DNA of 64,000 bases from the human T2T-CHM13v2.0 reference genome, Homo sapiens: assembly GCF_009914755.1 (NCBI RefSeq), contig NC_060947.1. One strand, 5' to 3'. The translations under genes were made by a program, and so were the position numbers. Every line of letters starts with the position of its first letter. Position 1 is the first letter of the stretch. This document shows positions 29,742-45,763 of the stretch, one piece after another. The notes beneath the pieces were generated by a model. The model saw nothing but the letters and a program-made list of their open reading frames with translations. It searched no databases and was not told where the DNA came from.

Positions 29742-30018
29742 GGGTGTGTGTGCTTCTGCATGTATTTCTGGGAATCTGTGTGTTGTGTGCATGTGTGTGT
29801 TTGTGAGTACCTGTATGTTTCTGTGTATATGTATGCTTGTGTGTGTGTGTGCATGTGCTTCTGTGTGTACACTTGAGTTTGTGTACATATGTCTGACTGT
29901 GTGTCTTTGTGTTTATGTGTGTGGTGTGTGTGTTTCTGTGGATATGTGTGCTGTGTTTGTGTGTGTGTGAGAGAGAGAGAGAAAAAAGAGAAAAAAAGAG
30001 CAAAAGAGACAGAGAGAA
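29742..30018. repeat. Degenerate (TG)n then (GA)n tract
   Basis: Direct reading. Confidence 0.85.
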
Positions 30019-30867
30019 CATCATTGTGGGTGTTTGTGCTAGGATAAACATGGAAAAGTGGGGGAATTGCTCAGACAGTGCTTAATTTATCTGTTACTAG
30101 CTTTCCTTCAATTAAGCCCTTCTTCCTGATATGTGTGGAGGTTTCAACTCCCTACTCGTACAAATTAGTATTCATCACTGGCACTTCAGAAAATAACATC
30201 CAAAATAAGATCATGCCTAGACATATCCTGAAAAAATGAAAGCAATACCCTATAAACATCCAGGTAGAAAACAAAGCAAACCAATCCCAACAAACCAAAG
30301 CATAAACTTTAGGAAACAAAGCTCCTCTCAGGTATCCCTGCAACATTAAAACACCAAATGAGGGTGCCACAGCACCTACAGGCTTTTAACAGTAGAAAAC
30401 CATTCGACCCCCAAGACATTCACAAGCTTGAAATCTGTTAGCTCAAAAAGCATATTCAATGTATATTTTGAAAAAAAAAGGTAACTGAAAAGTCAAGTGC
30501 TTTGCTCATGAGATAAAACAGATAAAAAAGCATCAATGTGTGTTTTTAAAATGGATTGGCAGCTTTCTTCCTAGTCACGTTGGTTTCCATTCCCAAGACA
30601 GTTGGTGATTTCTGCCATCCATATAAATGTGTTCTGCACCTTCTCCTGGGTTATTTCTCTTCTGACTGTTCTCCTTTCTGAGAACCAGAGGATGTATGGT
30701 TTTTTTTTTAATGCTACATTCATGAGGAATCTCTTTCCAATTTGTGGACGAGTGTCGGTGCTACCATTTACGAACAAGGGCTAAGATATTTTTATGGTGG
30801 AGAGACTAACAAGCCATTGCTTCTTTATTAAATACAGAACTACAAGGAGTAACATAAAATATAGTTC

Positions 30868-31020
30868 ATAGATAGATGGGTAGATAGATAGATAGCTAGC
30901 TAGATAGATAAGATGGATGGATGCATGAGTGGATGGATGGATGAATGGATGGATGGATGATGAATGGATGCATGGAGGGGTGGATGGAGAGATAGATACA
31001 TAAATGGATAGATAATCTAT
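30868..31020. repeat. (GATA/GGAT)n microsatellite
   Basis: Direct reading. Confidence 0.9.
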
Positions 31021-31021
31021 A

Positions 31022-31363
31022 CAGTTATGAGCCACATAATGATATTTCAGTCAACGACAGATTACATAGACATAGGCGATCTTCTAAGATTATAATACCA
31101 TATTTTTACTCTGCTTTTTCTATGTTTAGATGTTTAGATACACAGATACTTACAATTGCATTAAATTGTCTGAAGTATTCAGTACAGTAAACCGTTATTC
31201 AGGTGTGTAGTGAAAGAGCAGTAGGCCATACATCTAGCCTAGGTGTGTAGCAGGTTCTCCCATCTTGGTTTGTGTAAGTCCACTCGATGATGTTCACACA
31301 ATGATGAAATTGCCTAATGATGCATTTCTCAAAATTTATCCTTGTTATTAAGCAACAGGACGG
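31022..31363. mobile_element. Tigger3a (MER7A) DNA transposon
   Basis: cagttatgagccacataatgatatttcagtcaacgacag...gcctaatgatgcatttctca; TA dinucleotides on both flanks. Confidence 0.85.
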
Positions 31364-32107
31364 TATATATAACTCATGTATATAGTTTATATATGTGCAT
31401 ACACATGTACATACATAATGCATACATATATTACATATATACATACAAAAAATATACAAATATACATGTACCAGGCATGGGATAAATACGGAAGAAAAAT
31501 ACTGCCATCATAAAGCAATTTTTTATTTCCCATACTCCTTTTGTTGTGTTTTTTAAAGACTTTTGATGAAAATTAATGAAGGTTGAAGAGCATTTAATAA
31601 GACCATACATTTTCTATTAAAATAACTTTTTGCATGCTTCCTTAATTAGAGAGAAAATGATGAGAATTGACATAGCTGTTGGAAATATTAAATGCAATGT
31701 GTATAATTTTCTTTCATCTGAGAGTCGAGACTTTATTTAAAAATTGCCTTTCCCTAGAAAATAATTGTATATGTTAATCAACAAGAAGTAATTACTGTGT
31801 CTAATTATAGCTGGTGGAGTACCTAAAAACAAAACAAAACAAACCAGTAGGTAGTGGATCAATAAATGTGACATATAAAGGAAAATTCCCTTCTATAAGC
31901 ATCAAAAAATGATAGAGGAGAACAAAGAAAAATTAAACAAATTAAATTAAATTAAGCAATTTCATATGTTTTAAAATGGTGGCGAAGGAAACTCATTTCC
32001 TCCATGAAAAAATTAAAATTTTAGGTAAGACTAGAAGAATTCAGTATAACTCCTTTCCCCTCAATTATTGTTTTTATTGCCTTGCTGTGGCTCATTAAAT
32101 CTTTATG

Positions 32108-32388
32108 TATTATTTGTAGAAATGTAAGGGGTAGAATATACAACTGCAGTTTCGTTACATGGATAGACTGCACAGTGGTGAAGTCTGAGCTTTTAGAGTA
32201 ACCATCACCTGAATAGTGTACATTGTACCTGTTAAGTAATTTCTCGTCCCTCACCGCCCAGCCCCGCCCACCCTTCTGAGTCTCCGATGTCTGTTATTGC
32301 ATTCTCTATATCCGTGTGTACACATTATTTAGCTCCCACTTATAAGTGAGAACATAGGACATTTGACTGTTTCTGAGTTGTTTCACAT
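32108..32388 (-). mobile_element. Short L1MA 3' end with a perfect TSD
   Basis: gttacatggatagactgcacagtggtgaagtctg...; TSD attaaatctttatg (32094-32107 / 32389-32402). Confidence 0.9.
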
Positions 32389-33744
32389 ATTAAATCTTTA
32401 TGATGGTTTTCTCTCCTCTCCTCTCCTTTTCTGTCTCCTATTCTTTTACTGCTTTTTTTTTTCCTCTTCTCCCCTTCCCTTTCCTTCTCTTCCCTTCTTT
32501 TGTCTTCTGTGCATTGAAACATTGAAGGTTCATTGAAGTTTTCTCGTTGAAACAAGACATCACAAGCTATTTCTTTTTTAACATGAACTAATTGATACCA
32601 TGGCATTCATGTAGACCACCAGGCCCTAGGGAAAGGAAAATTTGGACCTTCCATTGGAAGGAGAAAAGTCTGAGGGCACACTGGGGTATGCTGCCCAGCT
32701 CTGAGTTGAAATGGGAAGTTCAAAGTGCTACACAATGTGACCTGGGCATGGTGCTTTAGAGAAAGAACAGCGACCAAAAATGGAATTTGGGACGCTGTAG
32801 AGACACCAAGACAAAATCCTACTCTTGTCTCTGCATAAAACCTACTCTATAAAACAGATCACCAAGAGTCTCTAAGAGTATAGATAGGTTGGGAATTTTA
32901 GGTATGACAGTATACTATTCTCACAAAGCTTTGCATCCAATTAGTTCTTATCTCATTACAAGAGTTTATGGTAAGGATTTTCAGCACTCACAGTAGTGCC
33001 TATTGCTGTAATCGTTATAGTACTATGCTTTCAATAAAAAATGTTAAACATCCCTGTGCAGCTGAAGACACAGATTTAAATTCTTTCAAAGGATCGGATC
33101 TGTTGCAAAACACAAAAAACCTGGAAGATGAAGAGATAACAATACAATCTTCATGCAATGCATGTATAATAGTTTGCCTTATTTTATTCATAGTATCCAA
33201 ATACTAGAAAAATACTGTAACTTGCATTTATACTCTTTTTATCCCTATGAATCCAGTGCTTATAAATATGTGTGCATGAGTTAGTGTGTGTAGTAGACAA
33301 ATCAATACTACTTAATTCTGTAAATGAAAGAAAATGTCCCAATGACTATTTTACCCCTGAATATATTAAATCATTTATACAGATCAGATTGACTCAATTT
33401 TTTTGGCATTAAAGTGGTTTTTTGGCTATTTAGATAAATTACTATGATGTTGTAATTTTGAATCTATTCTTTAAGCCTCAAATTATCTTATATCAGTGAG
33501 AAAAGATAGTTGGATCAGCTATTTAGCTTGCATTTTATTGACGTTTTACTACTTTCTAGTAATCCACTATTATATTGGTTCCAAAGCTTTCTCAAGGAAA
33601 TGTCAGTTTTCATTGCATAGGAGAGAATAAATGTCTTCATTCATGTGTGTGAGCATTCTAGTTGTTAGTAAAATATTTCCATTTCTATCAGTAAATATAA
33701 TTAAATTAAATATTGCATTTAACATGCATAGGTTGATTTTACTT

Positions 33745-33882
33745 TAAAAAAAATTTTAAATATAATAGAGATGGGATCTCACTCTGTTTCCAAGGCTGGT
33801 CTTGAACTTCTGAGCTCAAGCGACTGTCCCACCTCAGCCTCCAAAAATGCTGGGATTACAGGTGTGAGCCACCACACTCTCC
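33745..33882 (-). mobile_element. FLAM/Alu monomer
   Basis: gagatgggatctcactctgtttccaaggctggtcttgaac...gtgagccacc; TSD-like ttgatttta. Confidence 0.8.
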
Positions 33883-34629
33883 TCGATTGATTTTAATCAG
33901 GCAGAAATTGGTCTAAAACTGGGAGACATCATATGTAAGTCGAATTTTGCTTATGGTGCACCCAACCGTAGTCCATTTAAATCCTTGAAGGACTAATTAT
34001 GGCCATCAGTGTGAATATAATGCCTTTTTTAACCCAAAGAATTACTTTTATGGGTAAAATCTACTTTAGACTGCTTTTAGCTTCTCTGAATACTCTGAGT
34101 TTGCATTTATAATTTTAATGAAAGGATCATGATACCTGCCCAACATGGAGATCTTAAACTTTCAATAAGGTGTGATATATTCATTCATTTCTTTGGATAC
34201 CTTGGGGAACTGTAGCTTGATTTGTTTTCTCTTTCAAAATAAGAGTGTGTTCCACAGACTGCTTTCTAGGTGTGAACACGTGTGGTGAGGCACGTGCTCA
34301 CAGGAACCACTGTGGCTAAGGCTTTGCATTTCTAGAAGCTGAGGATAATCCGTACTCTAATTGGAAAAGGACACCTTTTGCTTCTTTCACCTCTTGCTTT
34401 CTGGAGCCTCAGACCTGTCCTGGACATAGAATAATCCCTTGATATGATTAACAGAAGACTCTGAGATCTGCAGAGGAAAAAGGGAGAGCTTTGTTTTCCA
34501 TGAAAGACAATCTGCAGATTGGGAGATGCAGACTCCAGTGTAAAACAAAATGAGCCCCGGAGGACAAAGAGGGGGCCTGGCTTAAATCGGGAAGGTTCCT
34601 GTCCCAGTCCTCAATTAGACCTGTATGTC

Positions 34630-34632
<3 letters not shown>

Positions 34633-34682
<50 letters not shown>

Positions 34683-34752
34683 AGAGAGATGGATAGATAG
34701 ATAGATAGAATATATATATATATATATATGCACACACACACATGTATATATA
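34633..34752. repeat. Compound (CA)n(GA)n(GATA)n(TA)n microsatellite
   Basis: Direct reading. Confidence 0.95.
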
Positions 34753-34754
34753 TG

Positions 34755-35535
34755 CTTTTATTTTAAGTTTTTAAGTTCGGGGTACATGTGCAGTATGTGC
34801 AGGTATGTTACATAGGTAAATGTGTGTCATGGGGGTTTGTTGTACAAATTATTTCATCACCCAGGTATTAAGCCTGGTATCCACTAGCTATTTTTCCTGA
34901 TCCTCTCCCTCCTCCCACCCTCTGACTTCTGGTAGGCCCCAGTCTGTGTTGTTCCCTTCTATGTGTCATGTGTTCTCATCATTTATAAGTGAGAACACAC
35001 AGTATTTGGTTTTCTCTTCCTGCATTATTTGGCTAAGGATAATGGCCTCCAGCTCCATCCATGTTTCTGCAAAGGACATGATCTCATTCTTTTTTATAGC
35101 TGCATAGTATTCCATGGTGTATATGTACCAAAAATCATATGAACAAAAGCTCAACATCACTGATCATTAGAGAAGTGCAAATCAAAACCACAATGAGCTA
35201 CCAGCTCACACTAGTCAGAACGGCTATTATTAAAAAGTCAAAAAACAGCAGGTGCTGGTGAGGTTGTGGAGAAAAAGGAACACTTTTACACTGTTGATGG
35301 GAGTGTGAATTAGTTCAACCATTGTGGAAGATGGTGTGGCAATTCCTCAAAGACCTAGAGATAGAAATTCCTTTTGACCCAGCAATCCTATTACTGGATA
35401 TATATCCAAAGGAATATAAATCATTCTATTATAAATATACATGCACGTGTATGTTCACTGCACCACTATTCACAATAGCAAAGACACGGAATCAACCTAA
35501 ATGCCATTAACAATAGATAAAGAAAATATGGTACA
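34755..35535 (-). mobile_element. L1PA (older) with 5' inversion (twin priming)
   Basis: 34755-35129 is antisense L1 3' end; 35130-35535 is sense L1 ending atggtaca, which abuts the start of the other segment in L1 coordinates. Confidence 0.85.
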
Positions 35536-36384
35536 AATCTGTGTGTTTAAATGATGTATTTAAATTTGTTTGGTCTTTGAGGTTGAAAATAATGAGTACT
35601 GATTAGGTAGTTTCTAAGCTCAAACCCAGAGGTAGCTGTTGGGAGGAATTTTCCAGCCAGGGTTTCTCAGCTTCAGTGAGCTAAGAACCATCTCAGCTCA
35701 GCACAAGCTGGATATTCAGAGCTGCTATCTCCAGGAACAAAGTGCTTTGTGACTCTCTTCTCTCACTCCCCCTGGCCACTGGGTTCCTTTTATCTTAATT
35801 TGAGGGTCACTCTCAGCCACAGAGAGCCCATTTTGTCTGGATAGTTAGGGTTTTATTAACACTTTCATTTCAGAACAGCAGTAGATAGCTCTGCAGACAT
35901 TGCCCCCATGGGTTGACTGGAAGTTTCTCCTGGAAACTGTGTCCTGTCCAGAGTGAGATCAATTGTCAGGTAAACAATATCTCTCCTGCATTAGGGCCAG
36001 ATGGGGTTACTCTGCCCTTTCCTGGCTGCAGACAGGCCCAAGCCCAGAAGGCCACAGTCCCTGGGCCAGGGGCTCCAAGGCTCTGCAAACATTAAGGAAA
36101 GAGCGGTTGGCTATATCTCCACTGAACCCTTTCTCTTCTAGAGATTCCCCATTTTCTGTGAATCTCTTGTGTCCTGGATGTCCTGCTGGAGTCCAATGCA
36201 GGAACGAGGGAGAAAATTCAGGGGCTCCAATGACTCTGGAATTAGAAGAGAAGTTGTGTGCACGTGATGAATTTTGTGCATTTTACAGCAGAGGTCTTTC
36301 AATACTTCCTCTGAATTTCTTGAAGTTCATGATCAAAACTGGAAATGAGAGATTCCAATAAGCCACATCTGTTGTACATTTGTT

Positions 36385-36617
36385 TGTTTTATTTTATTTT
36401 AATTTTTATTTCCATAGGTTTTTGTGGAACAGGTGGTATTTGGTTACATGAGTAAGTTCTTTAGTGGTGATTCGTGAGATTTTAGTATTTGTTTTATTTT
36501 AAAGTCAGGGTCTTGCTGTGTTTCCCAGGCTGGTATTGAACTCCTGGGCTCAAGTGATCCTCCTCCCTCAGCCTCCTGAGTAGCTGAGACTACAAGCAAG
36601 TGCCACCATGCCTGGCT
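36385..36617 (-). mobile_element. L1PB tail fragment followed by an Alu monomer
   Basis: gaacaggtggtatttggttacatgagtaagttctttagtggtga; cagggtcttgctgtgtttcccaggctgg...ccatgcctggc. Confidence 0.75.
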
Positions 36618-36707
36618 TCAATCAATTTTAGAATTTGTATGTGCAATTCTGATGTATCATAGTTTAAGACCTTTTGTAAAAGACAGACGTTTTTGTTTCA
36701 TTTTTGA

Positions 36708-37045
36708 CCACATGGATGACACAAGAGAACATTATGTGAAATGAAACAAAGCAGGTTTAGAAAGGTAAATAATGCATGTTCTCACTTATATGTAGAATCT
36801 AAGAAAAAAGAACTAATAAAAGCAGAGAGTAGAATGATAGTTTCCAGAGGCTGAGTGGAAGGGGTCGTGGATGAGAAGATGTTGGTCAAAGGATAAAGAG
36901 GAGGAATAAGTTCAAGAGATCTTCTGTACAACATGGCGACTATAGTTAATAATACCATATAGTAAACTTAAAAATTGCTAACAGAGTAGATTTTAAATAT
37001 TCTCATCACAAAAAGATAAGTATGTGAGGTGGTAGATATATTATT
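36708..37045 (+). mobile_element. L1MA 3' end
   Basis: gcatgttctcacttatatgtagaatctaa...gatgttggtcaaagg...gtatgtgaggtggtagatat. Confidence 0.8.
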
Positions 37046-37093
37046 TGTAATTTTTTAAAAGAAAATATTTTCAAGACATAGCATCACAAATAA

Positions 37094-37435
<342 letters not shown>

Positions 37436-37711
37436 TGAACATTTCTTTACACAACTTGTAACTACTTGCCACGTTCTGAGCAAATATTTATTGGTTAACT
37501 ATGGGAGGTAAATCATTAGCACATTATTTGTTCTTTGTTTTTGCAACTGGTTCCTGGCGTAAAACATGATATTGGCATGCTGCTGTGTTAGTGCTCAAAG
37601 CTGATGGCCTGAAGGCATCACCTAGACCTGGCAGAAAGATTTGAAAAAGGGAAAGGTATTTCAGTATGTATACATATTTTAAAATATATTCAGAGAAGTA
37701 TTTGTTAAATA

Positions 37712-38443
37712 TTTTTATTTTAATAGATTTTGGGCTACAAGTGGTTTTTGGTTACATGGATTAATTGTAGAGTGGTGAAGTCTGAGATTTTAGTGTGCCT
37801 GTCATCCAAGTAGTGTGCGTTGTATGCAATATATAGTTTTTTATCCATTGCCCCCTACCCTCCCCCTTCTGAGTGTCCAATGTCCATTCTACCACTCTGT
37901 ATGCCTTTGCATACCCATAGTTTAGCTCCCACTTATAAGTGAGAACATACGGTATTTGATTTTCCATTCCTGAGTTATTTCACTTAGAATAATGTCCTCT
38001 AGCTCTATCCAAGGTGCTGCAAAAAACATTATCTTTTTTTTTAAATACATACAGCTGAGTATATATGCACCAGTATTTCATGGTGCATATATACTGCATC
38101 TTATTGATCCACTCATTGGTCCATGGGCACTTAGGTCGGTTCCATATCTTTGCAATTGTGAATTGTGCTGTGACAAACATATGTGTTGCAGGTGTCTTTT
38201 TGATATAATGACTTTTTTCCTTTGGGTAGATACCAAGTAGTGGGATTGCTGGATCGAATGGTAGATCTACTTTTAGTTCTTTAAGTTCTTTTAGTTCTTT
38301 TAGTTTCAGTTCTTTAAGAAGTCTCCAAACTGTTTCCATAGAGGTTGTACTAATTTACACTCCCACCAGCAGTGGATAAGCATTCCCCTTTCACCACATC
38401 TACACGAACATCTATTATTTTTTGACTTTTTGATAATGGCTAT
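37712..38443 (-). mobile_element. L1PB 3' fragment
   Basis: caagtggtttttggttacatggat...gggattgctggatcgaatggtagatctacttttagttc. Confidence 0.9.
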
Positions 38444-38477
38444 ATAGAGGAGTCTTAAAAAAGCAAAGAAGCTTGAT

Positions 38478-39165
38478 GTATTATAGGAGGCAGAATGATA
38501 TCCTCACATAGATATCCACACTCTAAACTCCAGGACCTGTATTATGTTCATTACATGGTACAGGGACTTTGCAGGTAATTGATGTCATTGACCTTACAAG
38601 AGAAAAATTATCCTACTTAACAAGGTGGGTCCAATCTAATCACAGGTGCCCTTGAAAGCAGAGAATTTTCTTTTTCTGGAGAAAGAGAGATGGGGAGGCA
38701 AAAGGAAAAAGCAGAAAGATTCCAAGGGTGAGAAGAGTTTAACCCACCATTGCTGCAATGTTCTGAGATGGAGGAGATATCTGCAAGGACCAGCAAAAGG
38801 ACTCTAACAACTGAGGGTTTCTCCTTCTTCCCTCCATGGCAGACAGTGAAGAAATGAAGACTTCAGTCCTTCGATGGCAAGATTCTGCCAAGAATTCAAG
38901 TGGGCTTGGAAACTGACATCCCTGAATCTCCTTATAAAAACTCAGGACAGCTGACACCTTGATTTTAGCTTAGGGAGACCCAGAGCACAGTGGTAAGGTG
39001 AGCACACAGGACTTTTGACCCACCCAATGGTGAGATAATAAATAGATGTTTTTAAGAGGCTTTGACTTTGTGGTAAAATTACCAATTTACAGATGTATAC
39101 AGAAAATTACCAAAATTAAATTACCAAATTTACAAATGTACACAGCAGCTACAGAAAGTCAATCC
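38478..39165 (+). mobile_element. MLT1E-like LTR
   Basis: ggcagaatga...caggacctgtattatg...ggtgggtccaatctaatcaca...gctgacaccttgattttagc. Confidence 0.65.
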
Positions 39166-39244
39166 ACTTAAATATGTAAGTCCATCAACTCCCTGTAAAT
39201 TTACTTATGAATTCAATGCCAGTTCAATAAAAATACTAACCAAG

Positions 39245-39397
39245 AGCTGAGCATGGTGGTTTTTACCTGTAGTCCCAAATACTTGGGAGGCTGAGGCAGG
39301 GGGATCACTTGAACCCACAAGTTTGAAGCTGCAGTGACCTGTGGTCATGCCACTGCACTCCAGTCTGAGTGACAGAGCAGGACCCTATTCCTAAAAT
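39245..39397 (+). mobile_element. Alu right-arm monomer (FRAM/AluJ)
   Basis: cctgtagtcccaaatacttgggaggctgaggcagg...ccactgcactccagtctgagtgacagagc. Confidence 0.85.
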
Positions 39398-39483
39398 TTT
39401 ATGCACTTAGAAAACATGATTGTAAAGGTGACATCAAGAAATATACATGCAGGAAGGATTAGGACACTACTGTGAAAATAAGC

Positions 39484-41933
<2,450 letters not shown>

Positions 41934-41974
41934 AATATAAACAATGTCAATGGGAAGTCAGACCCATTAGATAT

Positions 41975-43400
41975 TAAAATGTTGTATTGCACCTATAATT
42001 AAAACTGCTGCATTGGTTCATGAGGGACCCATGGAACACAATAGAAATCCCCAAATCAGATGTAGGATTACATAGCAATACAATGTTTGGTAAATGCAGC
42101 ATCACACATCAACAGGGACAAGTGAATGTTTTAGTAGATTGTATTTGGACAACTGGGCAGACATTTGAAAGTTAAAAGAAAAGTTAAAATAGGATGCATA
42201 ACAAATGTATACCACAATAACTAAAATGTCTCAAAAGATAAACCTGTAAAAATACGCAACAAGTTATGTCCTAGAAATAAAGAAACCTCCCATTGCTTGA
42301 ATTTTTAAAGCAATAAATTCACTGCATATAAATTTAATGAATCCACTGCATATAAAACTTTCACATCACAAGACCTTTCATAAGTAGAGTTTAAAGAAAC
42401 ATGGCAAGCTGGAAAAGATATTTGCAGTGGAAATCACAGACAAAGGACTCTCTCTAACATAATCAAGACAAAAAAACTTCCAAAAACCAAAATCTACTTA
42501 AGAAGTGTGCAAGATAAATGAACAGATGGTCTTCAATAGAAGACATGAAAAAGGACCTAATATATGAAAATATGTTCAACCATGCACTCTCAATGGCAGA
42601 ATTGCAAATTGACATCATACATAGACACCACTTCTCAACAAGCAGATTGGAAAAATGCAGAAGTTTGGCCACAAAATCTGTTGGCCAGGCTGTGGGAAAA
42701 TAGGCACCATGTGTTGCTGGTGGAAATGCAGAATGGTACCACACTGATAGGAGGGAAATTTGGCAAAATGCATATCCAGTTACCCTTTGATCTATGTCTA
42801 GAAACCAAAGCCAAAGATAAATAGGGTAAAACAGAGCATCTCTTTTGTACAATGTTACTCAGTTGATATGGTTTGGCTTTGTGTCCCCTCCCAAATCTCA
42901 TCTCTAGTTGTAATCCCCATGTGTCAAGAGAGGGACCTGGTGGGGATGATTGGATCATGGGGGCGGTTTCCCCCAGTTTGTTCTTATGATAGCGAGGGAG
43001 TTCTCATGAAATCTGATGGTTTTAAACGTGGCAGTTTCCCCTGCATTCTCTTTTCTTCCTTGCCACCATGTAAGATGTGCCTTGCACCTTCACCTTGCAC
43101 CATGATTGTGAATTTCCTGAGGCCTCCCCAGTCATGAGGAACTATGAGTCAATTAAACCTCTTTTGTTTATAAACTACCCAGTCTCAGGTAGTACCTTTA
43201 CAGCAATGTGAGAATGGACTAATACATCACTCCGGTGTGATCTGTAATCTCAAAGATTGGAAACATCCCAAATGTCCCTCTATAGAAAACTGATTCAACA
43301 AACTATGGTACAGAGACAGAAGAAATGTAACGGAGACAAAGTAGAAATCTAGGCATTGGTATGAGTGAGCTACAGGTTACATTATTGAGTGAAACAAGCA
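41975..43400 (+). mobile_element. Old L1ME/L1MD ORF2-3' fragments, interrupted by a THE1/MST LTR
   Basis: catggaacacaatagaaatcccc...ggaaaagatatttgca...ggaaatgcagaatggtaccac...ggaaacatcccaaatgtcc; highly diverged. Confidence 0.6.
42864..43226 (+). mobile_element. THE1D/MSTA solo LTR
   Basis: tgatatggtttggc...aatggactaataca; TSD tcagt / tcact. Confidence 0.9.
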
Positions 43401-43486
43401 AGCACACGAAAAACAACAACAAAAAGGCAGCCCATAGAATAACTGCAAGTTTATGGCAACTGTTTTGGGAGAAAGGGAACTAACTC

Positions 43487-43751
43487 CAGTTACAACCCAT
43501 ATACTTACATGCATATGCATATTTACTCATAACAGTAAAATTTTTGGAAGGATAAATTAGCGAATGGCATCAGAAGCACTGGTTTGGTCCGTTGACCTGT
43601 ACCATTCTGCAAAAATTGCAACAGACGTCAAAGATTTAGTATTTGAATCTTCCATGATTTTGATATAGTGATTCTTCAAACTATATGATATAGATGTGTG
43701 GATGTAGATCAAGTATTGCCATATGAGCAAAACAGCTCATATGACTGTTAA
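43487..43751 (+). repeat. 265-bp direct repeat, copy 1
   Basis: Ungapped alignment to 45499-45763, about 38 mismatches by eye. Confidence 0.9.
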
Positions 43752-43774
43752 TCGTTCTTTATAAATCATATTCA

Positions 43775-44494
43775 ATTGTCAACACACACATTTGTGGAGT
43801 GGATAACTCCACTGAAGATCAACATAATCCCATCTCACTTCTAGTTTTCTTTGAAAGAGTTACGCCCATTGGAAATGGAGATAGCATAGTCCCCCAAAAA
43901 CCATCCTCAATTCTGACACCAATCACAACTCAAGGGGTCCTTAAGATCACTCTCAGTTTTGATAATTTGCTAGAACTCATCGAACTCCCTGAAAGCTCTT
44001 CTACTCAGGATTAGGTTTATTACAGAGGAAGGACAGATGAAAATTAGCCGAGAGAAACAGTGCATGGGGCAGAGTCCAGCAGGGGTCTAAATATGGAGCT
44101 TCCAGTGTTCTCTTCATTCTGCAGTTATGGATGGAGTTGCTTCCCCCTGGATGTGACACATGACCGTATGCACTGTGTATTGCCAAACAGAGAAGCTCAG
44201 ATGAGCCTTTCTGTCCAGTATTTAATGGAGTTCAATCACAAACTTCCACATTGCTGAGCTTTGGTCTCAAGCTCCTCCTGGAGGCAGAGCTCATCTCTAG
44301 TCTACAGCTCTTCTGGATATGGTATGGCCCAAGGACCCAGCCTTAACCACCTTGTTAGACTGTTGGGTGGCCAAAGATTACAGGCAAAGACACTTCTATT
44401 GAACAGGACATTCCAGTGGCCAGGAGATCACCTTTCAGGGGGTGAGGGCTAAGGTGAGACCTCTCTCTTTAGGTAAGAAGAACGCTTCATTACA
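43775..44494 (-). mobile_element. MER21-like LTR
   Basis: aagatcactctcagttttgataatttgctagaactc...ggtttattacag...catggggcagagtccag. Confidence 0.65.
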
Positions 44495-44682
44495 AATGCA
44501 ATTATATACTCTGCTAAGTACATGAATTCTGAAGCATATTTTGAGATATAGTTGGAGTAATATCTCTTGAGAAAAAGTGCAAGAGTTAAAACCATGATGG
44601 AACCTAAAACTTGCAAAATACAGATTGTAGCTAAATGGCAGTACTACTTTTTTTTAAAAAAATGTTAAATACATATGTATTT

Positions 44683-45330
44683 TCTGAGACAGGGTCTCAC
44701 TCTGTTGCCTAGGCTGGAGTGCAGTGGCGTGACCACATCCCACTGCAGCCTAAATTTTTAAATATTTAGTTGACAAAAATGTATGTATTCAAGGTCTAGA
44801 ATGTAATGGTCTTATGTATGTACACATCTTATAATGATTACCACAATCAAATTAACTAACATACTCATTGCCACCCATAGTTACCATTTGTGTGTGTGTG
44901 TGTGTGTTCATGTGTGTATGTCTGTGTATGTTGGGAACACTTAAAATCACCTTGCTTATGAAAATTTAAGAAACATTTGTCCCCATGCTATACATTAGGT
45001 CCTCAGAGCTTATCCATCTTATAATTTCGTTTGTACCCCTTGACCAATATCTCCAGATACCTTCATTCCCACGTGCATTCACAAAAGCCAAGATATGAAA
45101 ACAACCTAAGTGTCCATCAGCAAATGAATGAATCATAAAATGTAGTACCTATGCAGAGTGCAACACTCTCCAGCCTTAAAAAAGAAGGAAACCTTGTCAA
45201 TTACAACAACGTGGATGAAACTGCAGGATACTATGCTTCATAAAATAAGCCAGGTACAGAAAGATAGATATCGCATGATGTCACTCACGTGTGCCCTCTG
45301 AAATTTGAACTCATGAAAGCAGAGAGTAAT
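44683..45330. mobile_element. Alu fragment plus antisense L1MA (about 44760-45060) and sense L1MB (about 45075-45330) fragments
   Basis: gagacagggtctcactctgttgcctagg; atgattaccacaatcaaattaactaacata; aacaacctaagtgtccatcag. Confidence 0.7.
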
Positions 45331-45498
45331 ACTTTTGCAGGTAGAAAGCTGTCTCTTAATTCCTTGAACAACACTTAGCGGGACATTGGTTCATCTTCCT
45401 TTAAATCTAAGCGCTTTGGGTAACAAAGAAGATTGTGCTATTTATATATTAGTAGAATTAACGTGACATTTGCATGAAAACCAAAGTTTTTGTTTTTT

Positions 45499-45763
45499 CA
45501 GTTACATCCCGTATACTTTTATGCATATGCATAATTGCTTATAATAGTAAAATTATTGGAAGAGTAAATTAGCAAACAGCATCAGAAGCACTGGTTTGGA
45601 CAGTTGACCTGTACCATTCTGCAAAAATTGCAACAGGCATCAGAGATTTTGTATTTGAATTTTCCATGGGTTTGAAATAGTAGTACTTCAAATTATATGG
45701 TGTAGACGTATGGACGTAGATCAAGTATTGCCCTATGAACAAAACCGCTCCCATGACTGTTAA
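45499..45763 (+). repeat. 265-bp direct repeat, copy 2
   Basis: See copy 1 at 43487-43751. Confidence 0.9.

Noticed and set aside
29698-30051. His/Thr-rich and Val/Cys-rich ORFs
   Set aside because: They are translations of a degenerate (TG)n tract.
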